From NCBI GenBank assembly GCA_951406725.2, contig OX597826.1, positions 34,720,001-34,784,000 of the forward strand: a stretch of 64,000 nucleotides of DNA, read 5' to 3'. This document shows, one piece after another, positions 1 to 14,990 of the stretch; position 1 is the stretch's first letter; every line of letters begins with the position of its first letter. Below the pieces are notes generated by a model that ran no database searches, was not told the DNA's origin, and saw only the letters and a program-made list of their open reading frames with translations. The DNA comes from Octopus vulgaris. Taxonomy: Eukaryota. Both the position numbers and the translations under genes were made by a program.

Positions 1-916
1 ATGTATGTATGTATGTATGTATGTATGTATGAATGTATATATATACATGCATAAAGATAGAGAACTGAATATAAAGGAAAAAATGAGACTAAAGAAAGTG
101 GAGACAGGGAAGCAAGGTAGAAAAAAATGATTTAAATAGAAACCAGATTTTAAAAATGAGTGAGTGTGTCTGTAGGCGTGGAGCAGATAAAGGGTAAAAG
201 AAAAAAAAAAAGAGAAATGACAAGCGCACTAAGGAAAGTGAGAACGATGGGGGAAAATAAATGCTGTCAGAAAATGAGAAAAGAGGTGGGGCAGACGAGA
301 CGATAAGAGAGTAAATGCGTATCAACTTTTTGAATATTTATCGATCCATACCCGTTTGTCATCTGATAAAGTAGAGACTGGTTTATGTTGATAACATATT
401 TCAAATTGGAAACAAGAACTTCGTTTAGAAAACAAAGTTTATAATACTAATAATGATAATAATATTTGAAAGATAATATTCTAAAAGAAAAAAAATATAT
501 GCGAAACCCTTGTAAGTAACAAAAGATATATGAGCCATTAGAAAATTTGTTTTCAAACAGCTATGATATATGATCTTTTAAAAATATAAGTGCATATACT
601 ATAAAGTAAGCAACATAGACTATAGACTAAAATACATGGTATATCCTAAAATAAACTCATAAGTTACGCGTTAACTTAAACACTTAACGAAAATACAATT
701 CATAAAAGCAGTGTGGGAGAGGGTTACCGGGTGTAGTCATTGGTTAGCAATATTTCTTTCTTTCCATATTACAAGAAAAGAGTATATTCTTTTAAGAAAT
801 TTGACTTTCAAAACCAAAATATTCACCCAAAATGACAAATATAAGTAACATTGTGGATAAGACATCGGTGATTGGAATAGTTTGCTTAGAAATATACTAT
901 ATGTTACAAAACTGAA

Positions 917-1012
<96 letters not shown>

Positions 1013-1014
1013 TG
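917..1014. repeat. (TG)n microsatellite (representative of dozens of (TG)n, (TA)n, (TATG)n and (GA)n tracts across the window)
   Basis: Direct reading. These tracts explain the [12 protein letters not shown] low-complexity ORFs in the ORF track. Confidence 0.98.
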
Positions 1015-1043
1015 TATCATTAGCATGTGCTCATAGAAAACAT

Positions 1044-1206
1044 AGGGGCAGGAGTGGCTGTGTAGTAACTAGCTTGCATCGCGACCACATGGTTCCGAGT
1101 TCAGTCCCACTACGTAGCACCTTGTGCAAATGTCTTCTACCATAGCCTCGGGCCGACCAAAGCCTTGTAAGTGGATTTGGTAGACCGAAACTGAAAGAAG
1201 CCCGTC

Positions 1207-1237
<31 letters not shown>

Positions 1238-1547
1238 TGCATGTATAAATGTATATACGTATATATGTATGTATGCATGCATGTATGTATGTATGTATAT
1301 ATGTATGTATGTATGAATGTATGTATGTATATGTTTGTATGTCTGTGTTTATCTCCCTCCAACATCGCTTGACGACCGATGCTGGTGTGTTTACATCCCC
1401 TTAACCTGGCGGTTCGGCAAAAGAAAATAATAGAATAAGTACTAGGCTTACAAAGAATAAGTCCTGGGATCGATTTGCTCGACTAAAGGCGGTGCTCCAG
1501 CATGGCCGCAGTCAAATGATTGAAACCGATAAAAGAATAAAAGAATA
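1044..1547 (+). mobile_element. tRNA-headed SINE family A, full-length copy with internal microsatellite
   Basis: Head GCAGGAGTGGCTGTG with B-box-like GAGTTCAGTCCC; internal (TA)/(TATG) tract; 3' body ending GGCGGTGCTCCAGCATGGCCGCAGTCAAATGA..GAAAC and (TAAAAGAA)2 tail. Homologous copies at 4786, 22598, 42988, 46507 and 63260. Confidence 0.9.
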
Positions 1548-2079
1548 TTTGCCAGGTAAGAAGGCTCTGTGAACATTAACTACACCAAGAGGAATATATT
1601 TACATACCGTCATGTAAGATTTGCAAAGTAAATTAAGTCCATCAAAACACATTTTTTTCAGTACAGGCATCATCTGGTATTGTACGGAGAGCATAGGTAT
1701 ATGTAAGATTCTGGCAGAGGTTAATATTCTGGTTTACACCCTTAGTGTGAATGTTAGATCGGTGTTACCCCACTAGGACGAATGCTAGATTAAACTAACT
1801 TCTTATAATAATCTTAATAAATTTTTTTCCATTAAATTTTATATAAATGAAACACACACACTCATTTTATCTCTCTCCCTCTCTCCCCTTCTCTCCCTCT
1901 TTCTCTCTCCCTTTCTCTCTAGCTCTCTCTCTCTCTCTCTCAATATGACAATTAAATGTACCCGAGCCCTAGATAAATCGGCTCGGAGGAAGGAATGTTA
2001 AAGTTGAAGTTGACGAGACCCAGACCCGAACGTAATTCTTAAAGACTAAACAGTGAAATTCGTTTTGGCTGATGGGTGT

Positions 2080-2469
2080 AAGTGGATTGCATCGACCCCA
2101 GTGTTCAACTGGTAGATATTTTATTTACTTCTTTATTGCCAACAGGGGTGGGGATAAACATAGAGGGGACAAACAAGGACAGACAAAAGGATTAAATCGA
2201 TTACATCGACCCCAATGCGTAACAAGTACTTATTTAATCAACTCCCGAAAGGATGAAGGGCAAAGTCTACATCGATGGTATTTGAACTCAGAACGTAACG
2301 GCAGACGAAGTAACGCTAAGCGTGCTAACCATTCTGCCAGCTCGCCGCTTATTTTATTGACCCACAAAGGATGAAAAACACGCTGAAAAACACTCAGTAA
2401 GTAAAGACGGACGAAATGCTGGTAAGCATTTTGTCCGGCATGCTCACGACTCTATCAACTCGTTACCTT
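2080..2469 (-). mobile_element. Nested SINE family B: younger copy (2126-2349) inserted into an older copy
   Basis: Inner copy matches the intact 50831-51060 element in reverse. It is flanked by the direct repeat TATTTTATT (2117-2125, 2350-2358). The outer halves join into a continuous older copy. Confidence 0.8.
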
Positions 2470-2986
2470 GTGATTCCGAAAATATTAAGTAGTAGGGAAA
2501 TCAGACATAAAAATAAAATACAGTCATCAAAATCTTACAAGACAATCTCTTTGGAGATTTTTAAGAATCACAATATTACAGTCTATACTTTGCAAAGTTA
2601 TCAACCTGTTTGTTATAATAGAGTGCAATGAACTTTTTTAAATTGCTGACTCAAATATTCTATATAATCAGACATCTATTGAAGCGAATGCTTCTGTACC
2701 AGATGGGCGACTTTGTGAGTCATTCTTCGATATTTCAAATAAAGTAGTTATGTTACATCAGTGCAAACTAACAAAACAAATAATGATCGATATAATTTAT
2801 TATCTTTACTACACTGTTGTATTTCTTTTCAAATGTATTGATATCCAGCCATCAGGGCCTCAATTGTTCGTCTTTTTTTCCGGGTATATTCATAATTTGT
2901 TATTTAAACGGACTCGCTTAAGAAAAGCAGTGAAGTACGAAACGTTAGCGAGATTTCAGTGTAACTTGCACAACAACAGTGCTCAG

Positions 2987-3046
<60 letters not shown>

Positions 3047-3360
3047 GTGAGTGTGTGTGAGTGTGTGTGCGTATGCATGTACGTATATATATATGCACAA
3101 CACAGAAACACGTACATATATATATATATGCATGAATAGCAAACAAACATCTATGCGTATACATGGTTACAACATATACATACGTACATGCGCATGAGTG
3201 CGCCAATGTGTGTATGCGTGTGTATATATGCACATGGCTATGAACATACAACGGCAAATATAAGGGATGAAGCAAGACCATCAGAATTGCAATAATGAAT
3301 AGGTTAAATTGGTAATAAATAATTACATACGGGCACATGTTTACATACACGCACACACGC

Positions 3361-3422
<62 letters not shown>

Positions 3423-4135
3423 TACACACACACTCTCTCTCTCTCTCATGCACACACATAGCTGCGGTTCAGACACTGGCTCTATATGTTGATTAGCTAG
3501 GTTGTTGATGATATGTGAACTCCGTTATCAGCCGTCTTAGTAAACATACATCAAACGGTTACATTCAAAACTAAATAATGGACGTTGTTCTCTATTTTCT
3601 TGTCGCCTATCTCTTTTTAGAAATGTCTCTCAGTGCATAAGCACCAGATACTTTTTTTTTTTTTGTCAGGCTGTTTTCATATGCTTTGATTAGGCACGCA
3701 TGTCTGACATTTTTGAGGATCGAAAACTGCATAGCTGTGCATAGTTGCAATATAAGTTTAAACCTGCTTAGCAGCGCCATTCACGGGATACCGTTTCAGT
3801 TGATGGTTGAAGCTGCTTTGTGTTGTTGCTCGTATTTTGATAGCTTTCTTATTCAAAGAAGGAAAAATACATATAGTCTCGAGCATATGCATTTACCTAC
3901 TTGCTTGCAGATAGATAGACAAATATGCATTATAAACACACACACACGGGTTGTTCAAAAAGTCTCTCCTCATACCGCGTCAGACTCCCCAAGATTTATT
4001 TCAAAACTTGTGTAGATGAGTCAACTTACGTATTTGAAAATCAAGGACGACATTTTCAACACCCTGTTTTATATATATAAATTATCATTATATAAATATA
4101 TTTGTGAGTGTGTGTGTGTGTATATATATACATAT

Positions 4136-4136
<1 letters not shown>

Positions 4137-4212
<76 letters not shown>

Positions 4213-4237
4213 AAGAAGAAGAAGAAGAAGAAGAAGA

Positions 4238-4275
<38 letters not shown>

Positions 4276-4294
4276 AATAATAATAATGATAATA

Positions 4295-4337
<43 letters not shown>

Positions 4338-4338
4338 T
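4137..4338. repeat. Compound trinucleotide microsatellite (AAT)n(AAG)n(ATG)n(AAT)n
   Basis: Direct reading. Confidence 0.97.
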
Positions 4339-4352
4339 TGTTAACTAATGAA

Positions 4353-4447
4353 AAGATGGATTAGGTATTAATCTTTATTTTGGGACAATGGCAGGATGGG
4401 TCGAAACGACCGTTGTACAAAATAAAGATTAATATCAAATCCATCTT
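4353..4447. repeat. Imperfect inverted repeat (about 38-bp arms) forming a ~95-nt hairpin
   Basis: AAGATGGATTAGGTATTAATCTTTATTTTGGGACAATGG versus reverse complement of 4410-4447, AAGATGGATTTGATATTAATCTTTATTTTGTACAACGG. Confidence 0.9.
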
Positions 4448-4692
4448 CTGGTTTCTTAAGGAATTATTACTATTATCTCAATTATCACTGTGGAGTTCCT
4501 GAAGTAGATCATGTGTGGAAATATACCCCCCCACTGCGGAAAACACTAGGTAATCCAAACTGCACCACTGCTCTACTCAACACTTCAACACACTAATCCA
4601 CATATACCAATTAGTCCCAAAACTAATAAATATGTATATATACATGTACGTACTCAAATCCTTAATTATAAATAGAAGAAAATACACGTATA

Positions 4693-4760
<68 letters not shown>

Positions 4761-4785
4761 GTGTGTGTGTGTGTGTGTATGTGTA

Positions 4786-4958
4786 TAAGTTGCTTGCTTA
4801 CGAAACACATGATTCTGGGTTCAGTCCCACTGCGTGGCACCTTCGGCAAGTGTCTTCTACTATAGCCTCGGACCGAGCAACGCCTTATGAGTGGATTTGG
4901 TAGACGGAAACTGAAAGAAGCCCCTTCGTATATATGTATACATATATGTATATATATG

Positions 4959-4997
<39 letters not shown>

Positions 4998-5197
4998 ATG
5001 TTTGTGTGTCTGTCACTCCAAAATCGCTTGACAACCGATTGGTTGGTGTGTTTACGTCTCCGTAACTTAGCAGTTCGGAAAAGAGACCGATAGAATAAGT
5101 ACTAGGCTTACAAAGAATAAGTCCTGGGGTCGATTTACTCGACGAAAGGCGGTGCTCCAGCATGGCCACAGTCAAATGACTGAAACAAGTAAAAGAG

Positions 5198-5199
<2 letters not shown>
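4786..5199 (+). mobile_element. SINE family A copy lacking the extreme 5' end
   Basis: Collinear with 1044-1547, including the internal microsatellite and the CAGTCAAATGACTGAAACAAGTAAAAGAG tail. Confidence 0.9.
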
Positions 5200-5286
<87 letters not shown>

Positions 5287-5755
5287 CCGCAAGCATACGT
5301 GCATACATGGTGTATTTTGCGGATAGTTTTGATTACTATAAATAAAATGCACTCTGTTAGAGGTACCCTAGGAAACTTTTTTTGACCGGAAGTGTTGATT
5401 ATTGCATTAATGATGTCTCCACGATTTTCTGGTTGCAAACTATTCTTTTCTAAAATTGGTTATATGCGGATAATTGTGAAAAACTCTGCTCTGTCTTCTG
5501 CATTGCTTCACGACGTAGTTATCCACTCTATATTTAGCGTACATTTGGTTCTTATATCAATCGTTCGAGTTATTCTTGCCAGTTTCAAGCCTGCTTATTC
5601 ATGACACCAGAGTTTATCTGGATTTCTAAAGCTTGGAGCATAGGAGTCTCAAATAAACGGGACGACAGTCTCAGGGCTAACTCCATGTTCTACTTTTAGC
5701 ATAATAATATATACACTTCCATGCATTGCAATATATACATACATACATACATACA

Positions 5756-5818
<63 letters not shown>

Positions 5819-5821
5819 GCA

Positions 5822-5882
<61 letters not shown>

Positions 5883-5900
5883 GCATGTATATACATATAC

Positions 5901-5938
<38 letters not shown>

Positions 5939-6000
5939 ATATATACACTCACGCACACACAAACATATATATTTACTCATACATTTACATGCATAGGCAT

Positions 6001-6092
6001 GTATGTTTGTGTGTGTGGTTGGTTTAAGTCCCCGTAACTAAGCTCTTTTGAAAAAGAGACTGATTGAATAAGTACCAGATTTAAGCAGTCCT
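6001..6092 (+). mobile_element. Degraded 3'-half fragment of SINE family A
   Basis: GTCCCCGTAACT...AAAAGAGAC..GAATAAGTAC matches the family A body. Confidence 0.55.
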
Positions 6093-6178
6093 CCAGGTTA
6101 GCCACAGTTTCATTGCCAACATAAGAATAAAAGATTGCGTGTATATATATACCTTAACACACATACTTTTACACATAT

Positions 6179-6235
<57 letters not shown>

Positions 6236-6613
6236 TACACATACATATGTATATATTCGTAATAAAGCATCTGTTCCCTGCAAAGATTCGAACCAACTGT
6301 ATCGAGTATTCCGACTAATATTTTCTACTGCGGGTACGTATACAAATATCGTGATTTGCTGATGTTTTAACGCCTCGAGAGAGAGTATTGCCCTAGAGCA
6401 AGGAAATGTACAAATGGTGATGATGTAGGAGGTGGTAAATGGATGAGGACTGAAGATGATGCGATAATGTCTGTGTAAATGGGGAAAAAAAAAGATTCTC
6501 CAATTAGGACGTGTCAACAAATAATGGAGTGGTGTGTGTGTGTTCATCTTTTTATACGTCTCTCTGTATATATAAACTCACACACACATACACACACATA
6601 TATCGGTGTGTGC

Positions 6614-6663
<50 letters not shown>

Positions 6664-6755
6664 TTATATATATGCATATATATACTATATTATGTGCATA
6701 TATTATATATCTATATATTATATTATAGATATATACTATGTTATATATATGTATG

Positions 6756-6787
<32 letters not shown>

Positions 6788-6950
6788 CTTGCAAAAATTT
6801 ATAAACATACATACAAAATTATATATATATACCTACGCTTTTACATACGCCTAAACGAAATCTTTTAGAGGATTTGGCTAATGGCCTCGTAGCTATAAAA
6901 TATAAGTGTGAATTCGGGCTAAATAGTTGTCCGTCACCATACACACAGTC

Positions 6951-7035
<85 letters not shown>

Positions 7036-7998
7036 AAGAGAGAGGGAGAGTGTGAAGGCGCGGAGAGAGAGGGGCGGGTAAAGAGGAAGTAAGATATATA
7101 TATATGTATGTATATGAGCGTGTGTAGGTGTGTATTCACACGCACACGCACACACACACACACGCGCACACACAAAATCCTACATTTGTGTGTCTCTGTA
7201 TATAAATATAACCTTGCAATTAATTTTTCGTCAGCAGCTGCGTGTATCTCGGCTTCTGTGTTGATATGTGTGTCTTAATACACTTCTGAAATCATGCTGG
7301 CATATTGTGCGTGCGCGTGTTATTTTGTGTGACGTCCCAAACAGCGGTTCCTTGTCTCTTAAACTTTCAATGAGCCATACCCTCAACTTTTATTTATTTC
7401 AGTGAGTTCGAAGGGTGCAATGTTTTATTAGACGGAGTTAAACAGTGAAGACTGTTATAATAGTGCTTGGGAAACTTATATGTAGTCGTACAGACAGGAA
7501 TGTGTTTAGTTGAAAACTGTTTATTAATGTCAATTTTCGAAAGCCTTGTAGAGTAGAGGAAATTTGCACTCGCGCAGTGTATGATGGGGCTTCAACATGT
7601 AATTGAGCTATTTTTGAGTGTATTTAATTTATATGAAATATTGAAATGTCATCATTGGTATATTTTGGTCGGAATATAGAGTAAATATTGCATCGTAACC
7701 GGTTGGGACGAAATCAATATTCCCAGTCACCTTAAGACAAATATCTCTTAGCCCTTAATCTGTTTCCCAATACGTTTTCATACATTACTCACGCAGCATT
7801 ATAAGAGCACAGTGGTAAAAATACTATCAGGCAATAAAGCATAAGGTCGTGCATTCTTTTCAACAATTTACTTATACATCAATAAAGTGATTATCAAGAA
7901 ATGAAAGTATGTTATCAGTGTTAATTAAGCTAAAATCTAACATGCAATTATTTGGATAGCTGTGTATATTTCTGTATATTTAGAGCAAATATACTCAC

Positions 7999-8049
7999 CG
8001 TGAGCCAAGTTCACGTTGACTGCTTCAGGATAAGCATAAGGGCCTGATG
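7999..8049 (-). CDS. Candidate 51-nt phase 1-1 coding micro-exon of an unidentified host gene (xSGPYAYPEAVNVNLAH)
   Basis: Minus strand: TTCTTCATTCAAACAG acceptor, 51 nt open in phase 1, strong donor CG|GTGAGTA, in non-repetitive sequence. No homology recognised. Confidence 0.35.
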
Positions 8050-8933
8050 CTGTTTGAATGAAGAATACATATTTCTTTTCGGACTAGTGAGCCAGTGAGC
8101 TAGCAGCTATTCAACCACCGAAAGAATTATTTCTATAATCGAGATGCAAGTGGTCTAGCCAATGGTTTCAGAGCGAGGTAATTTTGCGGGGTTCTAGACT
8201 GTCGTAACACTATTTAGTTGTGTCGAAACAGTTCAGATTGAAATGATTACAAATTTTTTTAATAATCTTGTCGCATAGCTTAAGAGACATAAATTGACAA
8301 TATCATAGGAGCTATGGGAACTACTAGGTTAGAACCCTAGCCACAAGGAAACCTAACATAAAGCTAAAGCCGAATCAGCATGACTGAATGTGAATACTTG
8401 GGCCTCACAATTCCAGGTACATTATTATAAGAAATGTACATAAATAGAAAAATAGACAGAAAGATAGTTTGATAGAAACATTGTGAGTAAAAGCGTTATA
8501 ATTTATGTATCGACCGCGTAGAGAAGATATAAAAGACTTCAGCTCGGTTGGATTAGACCCAGGAGAGAAAGAGAAAAGTGAAACGATATTGATTACTGGA
8601 AATATTGTCTCACTAAAATTCAATACATTTATGTGTTAGTGGTAGAAAACACTGTCGAACAGATGATAAGCAAATAAGCCTGAAATCTTCAGCGTGAAAA
8701 TTTGCAATATATTTGTTGAAGTAATGAATTTCTGGGATAAAAATGAGCTTCAAGAATGGAGATTCACTGTACCGCCCAGCATTGTTTTTTGATTGCAGTA
8801 CTTCAAGTTGCACTGCTAATTAGTACAAGAACGAAATCAGATTCAAAGTTCACATTTTTTGCTCCATGTGTAATTAATTCATCCAAACCAAAATATATAA
8901 ATACGTGTGTATGAATGTTTTTGTGTGTGAGTT

Positions 8934-9006
<73 letters not shown>

Positions 9007-9338
9007 CACTTGTAATCATTTATGTGACCAGAACGTGATTTTACATGAAATCTATCGCAGAAATTATCGACGAATCGAATTTTTAATTGCAGCATGTTAT
9101 TGCGCTACGCACCTCAGTTCTTGGCCTGTCAAACCACTGCTACGGAAAAACTTCCGTAACATGATAATATCCATTAACTTATAGCATATCTTTGGGAATG
9201 ATATGGAAAACAAACATATCAAAGAACCCACAAGCATCATGTATCACACACACACATAAACACATATATATATATATATATATCAGTTGGTATAGCGGAG
9301 GACTGCAGTATGGAATTATACATACATACATACATACA

Positions 9339-9432
<94 letters not shown>

Positions 9433-12400
9433 TTCGGGGATAGAATGGTGATGCTCACTGATGAGGTTGTACACTTGGGAAAACACATGAACCATCTTGA
9501 TTGATTGAAGTTGATAATATTTGCTAGAGGAATTAGGGAAACGATATGGAGATAAAACACAATCTAAGAGATGTGAGATCAGAGAATTTTCTCTACCGTA
9601 AAATTGTTCCAAACACTGCCTCATCAGTTTCAAAGTGTTTTGTTGTTCTTTCTGCTGTTATGGTGAGGAATAGGTTGATGATTATAATTGTGGTGACAAT
9701 AGAAACGATGATAAGGATGATGATAATGAGGAGGGAGAGGGGGATGGAGAGGATTATAGTGAGGAAATATTCGATAATAGAATGTAATGTTTTCATGTCA
9801 GTTGTATGTGTGTGTGTGTTGCTCTTGTTTGTGCACGTCTCTGTTTTATTCTCTCTGTGTGTGAAAATATACATGCAAATGTTTGCCTAGATGCATATTT
9901 AGAACTTATGTGATTGTGTAGTTATGTAAGAAATAGAGAGAGAGTAAGAGAGAGAGAGAGAAATAAATAAATAAAAACGAAAGAAAGAAAGAGAAAGAGA
10001 GAGAGGGACAGAGAGAGAGATAGTGTGAGACATGGAGGGAAACTGTGACACAATTGAAGCAATTAAGAAGCTGCGACCAGTAAGTCTCTGGAAAATAACT
10101 TTATATTGATTCTTTATTTGATACCGAATACATCGAGAGACGTGCGTTTGCTTTTTATTATATTTGAAAGGCTTTGTCACATGATGAAGGACTCATTCAG
10201 AGTCTCGCAGCTTTGAGAAGTAAAAATAGAAAAGTATTTGAAAATTAAAGACCTGATCAGAAGGCTTGAAAAAAAAAAGGGTTACTTTAACAAACTTTAT
10301 CCAAGGGTCAAGCTCGTGGTGCTCAACTGGTGTGGGACACACTTTATCGAAACTGAAATAATTAAAGGCAAATATGATATTGGAAGGATCTACAAAAAAT
10401 AAGGTAAGCTCTTCCACATGACTCTCTAACAACTCTGCTTTATTCAGGGAGGTAAAGGCAGCTCCTCGGACCCTATTTTGGTCGTGTAGAGAAGTAATCT
10501 AACAAATGAAAAAGCTATCCACAAAAGAAGCTCTATTTCTTTTCCTATTAATAAAACGCACTTGGAAAAGGCGCTGCTGTCAAAGCGAAACGCGGTTTAA
10601 ATCTTTCCATGGAACTCGTTAATAATTTCATTGACACTACTTCAATAGAATTCACTATGCAATTACGGGGCAAGAGTGTTCTAGAGCGGTCACTTCCGGA
10701 GAATGTCTGTTTAGAATCACTGATTTGACGCTGACTTATTTGATATCAGCCGTTTTGATACTTCTTTCTTTTCCTTTCCTCTCTCCCTTATTTCCTGTTT
10801 ATGTATATGTGAATACCTAGTTATGTTTGTATGTATATGCAATCTCACTCCTCTCTTCCCATTTTATGTGTGTATTTCTGCGTCCATGTGCATGTGTATG
10901 CCTCTCTTTGCTAAAGACAAATGTCACCGAAACAGGCTTAATGTCCAGTTAGCCATGTCAGATTGCCAGCTTTCTAACAATCACACAATTTCGCGAGACA
11001 CTAGACCACTCCTGGCAAACTGCAGCTCGAGAGACTTTGTCAATGATATGCCCGAGATTGTATTAGTAGTGAGACCCATCTGGTGATGACCCACGTCTCA
11101 TGCAGTCCGCGTCTCAAAACACACTGCCCTTGCCTGCGCTAGGATGTCAGGAAAATATTTAGACAATGTCCGCATGCCTCGCATGATTCCTAGTGTTTTG
11201 GCCAATCAATAAATGCCTGATCGTAAACAAAAACACCGATAAAAATTATTTTTCTACTATACTATAGAAAACAATGAACATTACATAACTTCTTCATAAT
11301 TATACAAACTTTTGCCTAAATATGGAATCCATTTGTGAATTAGTCTTTGTGTCTATTAAATCTCAGTAGGTGGTGGATTTGTATTATTTTGCGCAACATC
11401 ACCAGCAACATTAAACGTTTCTTTCAAGTCATTTAGAAAATAAAAATTAAAAAGAACAAATGTTCTTTTTTTTTCCTTTTAGTCAAGTTATTGGTGTAAA
11501 GACGAAACAGTCTCTACCGACCAGAATAACTCAGCGAACGAGATATTTGTGAAACTATTGTATAATAACGTCACGAGCAAAATTATATAACAATTACATT
11601 TACAAATATATCAAGAAAGAAGCAAAAGATATATTCAGCCTGAAGCAAGGTACGGCATAAACGTCTGTCCGTCTGAATGTCTGTCTGTCTCTTCCCCACC
11701 TCTATATGTATGCATGCATATATGTATGTATGTATGTATATTAATTGTATATCATATGTTGATGCATAGGTACGTGCATATCCATCAATCTATCTATCCA
11801 TCTATATATATATGTGTGTGTGGGGGTGTGGGGGTGTATATGTATGTATGTATGTATTTATGTATGAATGTATCTACGTATGTATTCTATGACACAACAG
11901 ACCACACATGGTTAGCGTGACGTACAGATGTCGCGCACAGACCAACAAATGTTTGGTGCATTAAGGGTGTAATCAGTAATTTTTTAACGAAACACAAGGC
12001 AAATGCACATGCATACAAATATCTCTGTACACACATGTTATATATCTTTGTGTGTGTGTTTATACATAAGACACACATACATATATACACACCCACATAT
12101 ATATTACGCGTCTATGTCATACACACACATATGTATTTACGTACAGGAAACTTACGTACAGAAACCAACAAATACCTTGTAACGAAAGAATAGGTGTATG
12201 ATGATATGAACAGTCAGGTCTAGTGTTAGCATAGACAATGAACAAATAATACCATGTGTTTCTCTTTGGTGCCACACGAAAATTGAGAAACGAACATCCT
12301 GTGCAGAAAACAAGAGGTATTATCTATACTTTAATTTCTTTACCAGCAACTGACAGTGCTTTTCTTCTAAAGAAAAAAAAATATTCTTCGTCGTTCTGGC

Positions 12401-14799
12401 ATGTGAATACAATTCGTTCCGGGAGGTAGGAATCGCTAACCTTAACTTACTTTATATTTTCTGTTTCTTGTTGTCTACAGTTGCTTGTCATTCCGAATTC
12501 TAGGAAGAATAATGGTTAACACTTGTTAGCTTGTTTCAATATCTGTTGCTAGAACTTGTATCATGATAATTACCAAACATCTTCTCCCGCTGAGCTGCAA
12601 ACAATCCAACTCAATATTTCCTCCCATGGAGTAATTGTCTTCTACTCCACATTCACATTACCCCCTACACGCTTTAGCATGTTCCGCTTCACCCCGTACA
12701 GTTGTTAAATTTTACATGATTTGCTTCTTATCATTTACCTCTGAGCATTCAGTTTGGCACCGTATTATGTTTCTTGTGTCAGTAAATGAGAATAGGGGCC
12801 ATGGTTTCAATCACCAATTAATGAATACGTGTCAAATTTATATCGATATCAGTAGTAATTGAACCACCTCATGGTCGGATATGATCTCGTCGGTGACCTG
12901 CTGATTATGTCCCTCAAATATGTGCGTGCACGTGTAGTCACACACACGTACACACACACACACACACACACATTTGTATGGATGAGACAATGTACACATC
13001 GAAAGTATCCAGTAACACTTGTGAATAATAAGAGGGAATTACGCTGTTAGGAAGTGTTGGAGAGCTACGCAAATCTAATGTGTCTGAAGCCTTAATACGT
13101 GCGATCAGAAAGGAAAGCAATTTAATTTTTGCCGATGTAATGAAAGAAAACCCGGCGAGAGAATGCAGCTGTAATTTCGAGTAATGAAAGACAAAGTGTA
13201 AAAGCAAGTTGAAAGTACAGTTAGGAATGGAATCTGTGTTCTGTATCATCGTCTCTCAATTGCTACCACATATTTCTATAACAAAGTTCCACCGCTTAAC
13301 ATTTCGCTTCAACATACTATTCGTTTCTATTGTATCTTCAACGTGATTTATATAGATGCAACCTTATCCATTATCACATATTCATTTAACACAATACCAC
13401 ATGTTACGCACCTAATTCAACATATTATGTACATAATTCATATAAACACATCAAAAATCATGTTCAGAGGGAATTCATTTTTATTTAGGACGATTTGATT
13501 ACCAGTTAAAATAAAGTCGCTCTTTGCTTCCTTTCAATGTTACACTAAAGATATCTTTCATTGATTAAGGGAAGCCTGGATGGCTTGTATTACACTCTGA
13601 TATATAATATATAGATCTAAACCTATATATAAACATGAAATGGTCGGTTATGTGTCCTTCAATTAATGAAATTAGTTACTGAATAGCTTAACAATAACAG
13701 GGTTTGATAGATGAATTAAAAGATGGGATATATCAGTTTAATAATGACTGTTTTTGTCATCACTTAATTAGGTATGTAAATGCAACATTCATAGACTTTT
13801 GTAGTCCCTTCCCCAGTGTACTGGGGGAACAGGAGCTATCTTCAGGACAAAGCATTAACCCTAAAGGAAGCATTAATTTAACCCCATCCCCAAGAAATAT
13901 ATCGATAGTAAAGGAGCGATAAATTAAGGATACCATCTTATTATAATAGAAATTCATTATCTGAGATGTGAACCATGTGATGGCATGACAAGTTTGGAGT
14001 AAGCTCAATCTGTTTTTAATTCGATTATAACTCTTGCGCTCAGTAACGCCTTCTGCCAATCATAGTAAATATGATGGTTAGACCTGGGCTTGCCACTAAA
14101 ATGTAGACGAGGCATTCACTGATCAGCCAACAATCAATAACATGTTTTGTGATATATTCAGCTCAATATCTTCTCAAGGAATCGGGTGTGTTGCAGATAA
14201 GTATTAGTTTCACTCCGAATTACCTCACAGAGTGCACCGTTAAAGGAAAAATATTCTTTAAGAAACAATACTTCTACATATTCCCGGTCATTCAGGAATT
14301 GGTAAAATTAAAATATTTGGCATTGTTCTTTTCCGTCTTCTTCTATGCCATAGGAAAATCTACTTGTTTTAATGTTTGCATTGATATATAAGAAAACAGT
14401 CCCTTCAACTGTCAGTATATTAGAATTTTATCGAAATCGGAGGTGGAAAAAGTATGGGGCCGAGTGGATCTGACCAAAGTATTACAAGAAAAGAAAAAAT
14501 AATATCCGGCGCATGATATTTCGAAACGAGTTTGAATCTTTGTTACATGTTCACGTATTTTACTTTGCCAGCATTTCGCCTCAGGTTATAAGACAGATAG
14601 AAGAATTTAAAGAAAATATAAGAATTTGAAAGTAATTAACACAGGTACAGTAATATCAAAGCCATTTTATATAACTTGAATATGACATGAAATTTGTATG
14701 TATATACATGTGTGTGTGTCTGTGTGTCTGTGTGTATGTGTGTGTGTGTCTGTGTGTACAGAAAAACAGAAAGAAAGAAATATAGATAGACACGCAGAC

Positions 14800-14905
14800 A
14801 GATAGATAAATAGGTATAGAGACAGACAAATAGATAGAAAGATAGACAGATAGACAGACAAATAGATAGGAAGATAGATAGATAGATTGATTGATAGATA
14901 GATAA

Positions 14906-14990
<85 letters not shown>
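14800..14990. repeat. (GATA)n/(GACA)n tetranucleotide tract (others at 36968-37040 and 43940-44055)
   Basis: Direct reading. Confidence 0.95.

Noticed and set aside
1044-1120. tRNA genes at SINE heads (also 15817, 18560-18641, 31640-31714, 50831)
   Set aside because: A/B-box-like motifs only; no full cloverleaf, and each continues into a SINE body.
7198-7340. TATA-like TATAAATA and CRE-like TGACGTC
   Set aside because: Short motifs are common in AT-rich DNA and there is no independent evidence of a TSS.
10980-11130. Possible hAT-type end with repeated GAGAC/GTCTC motifs
   Set aside because: No partner TIR or 8-bp TSD found.
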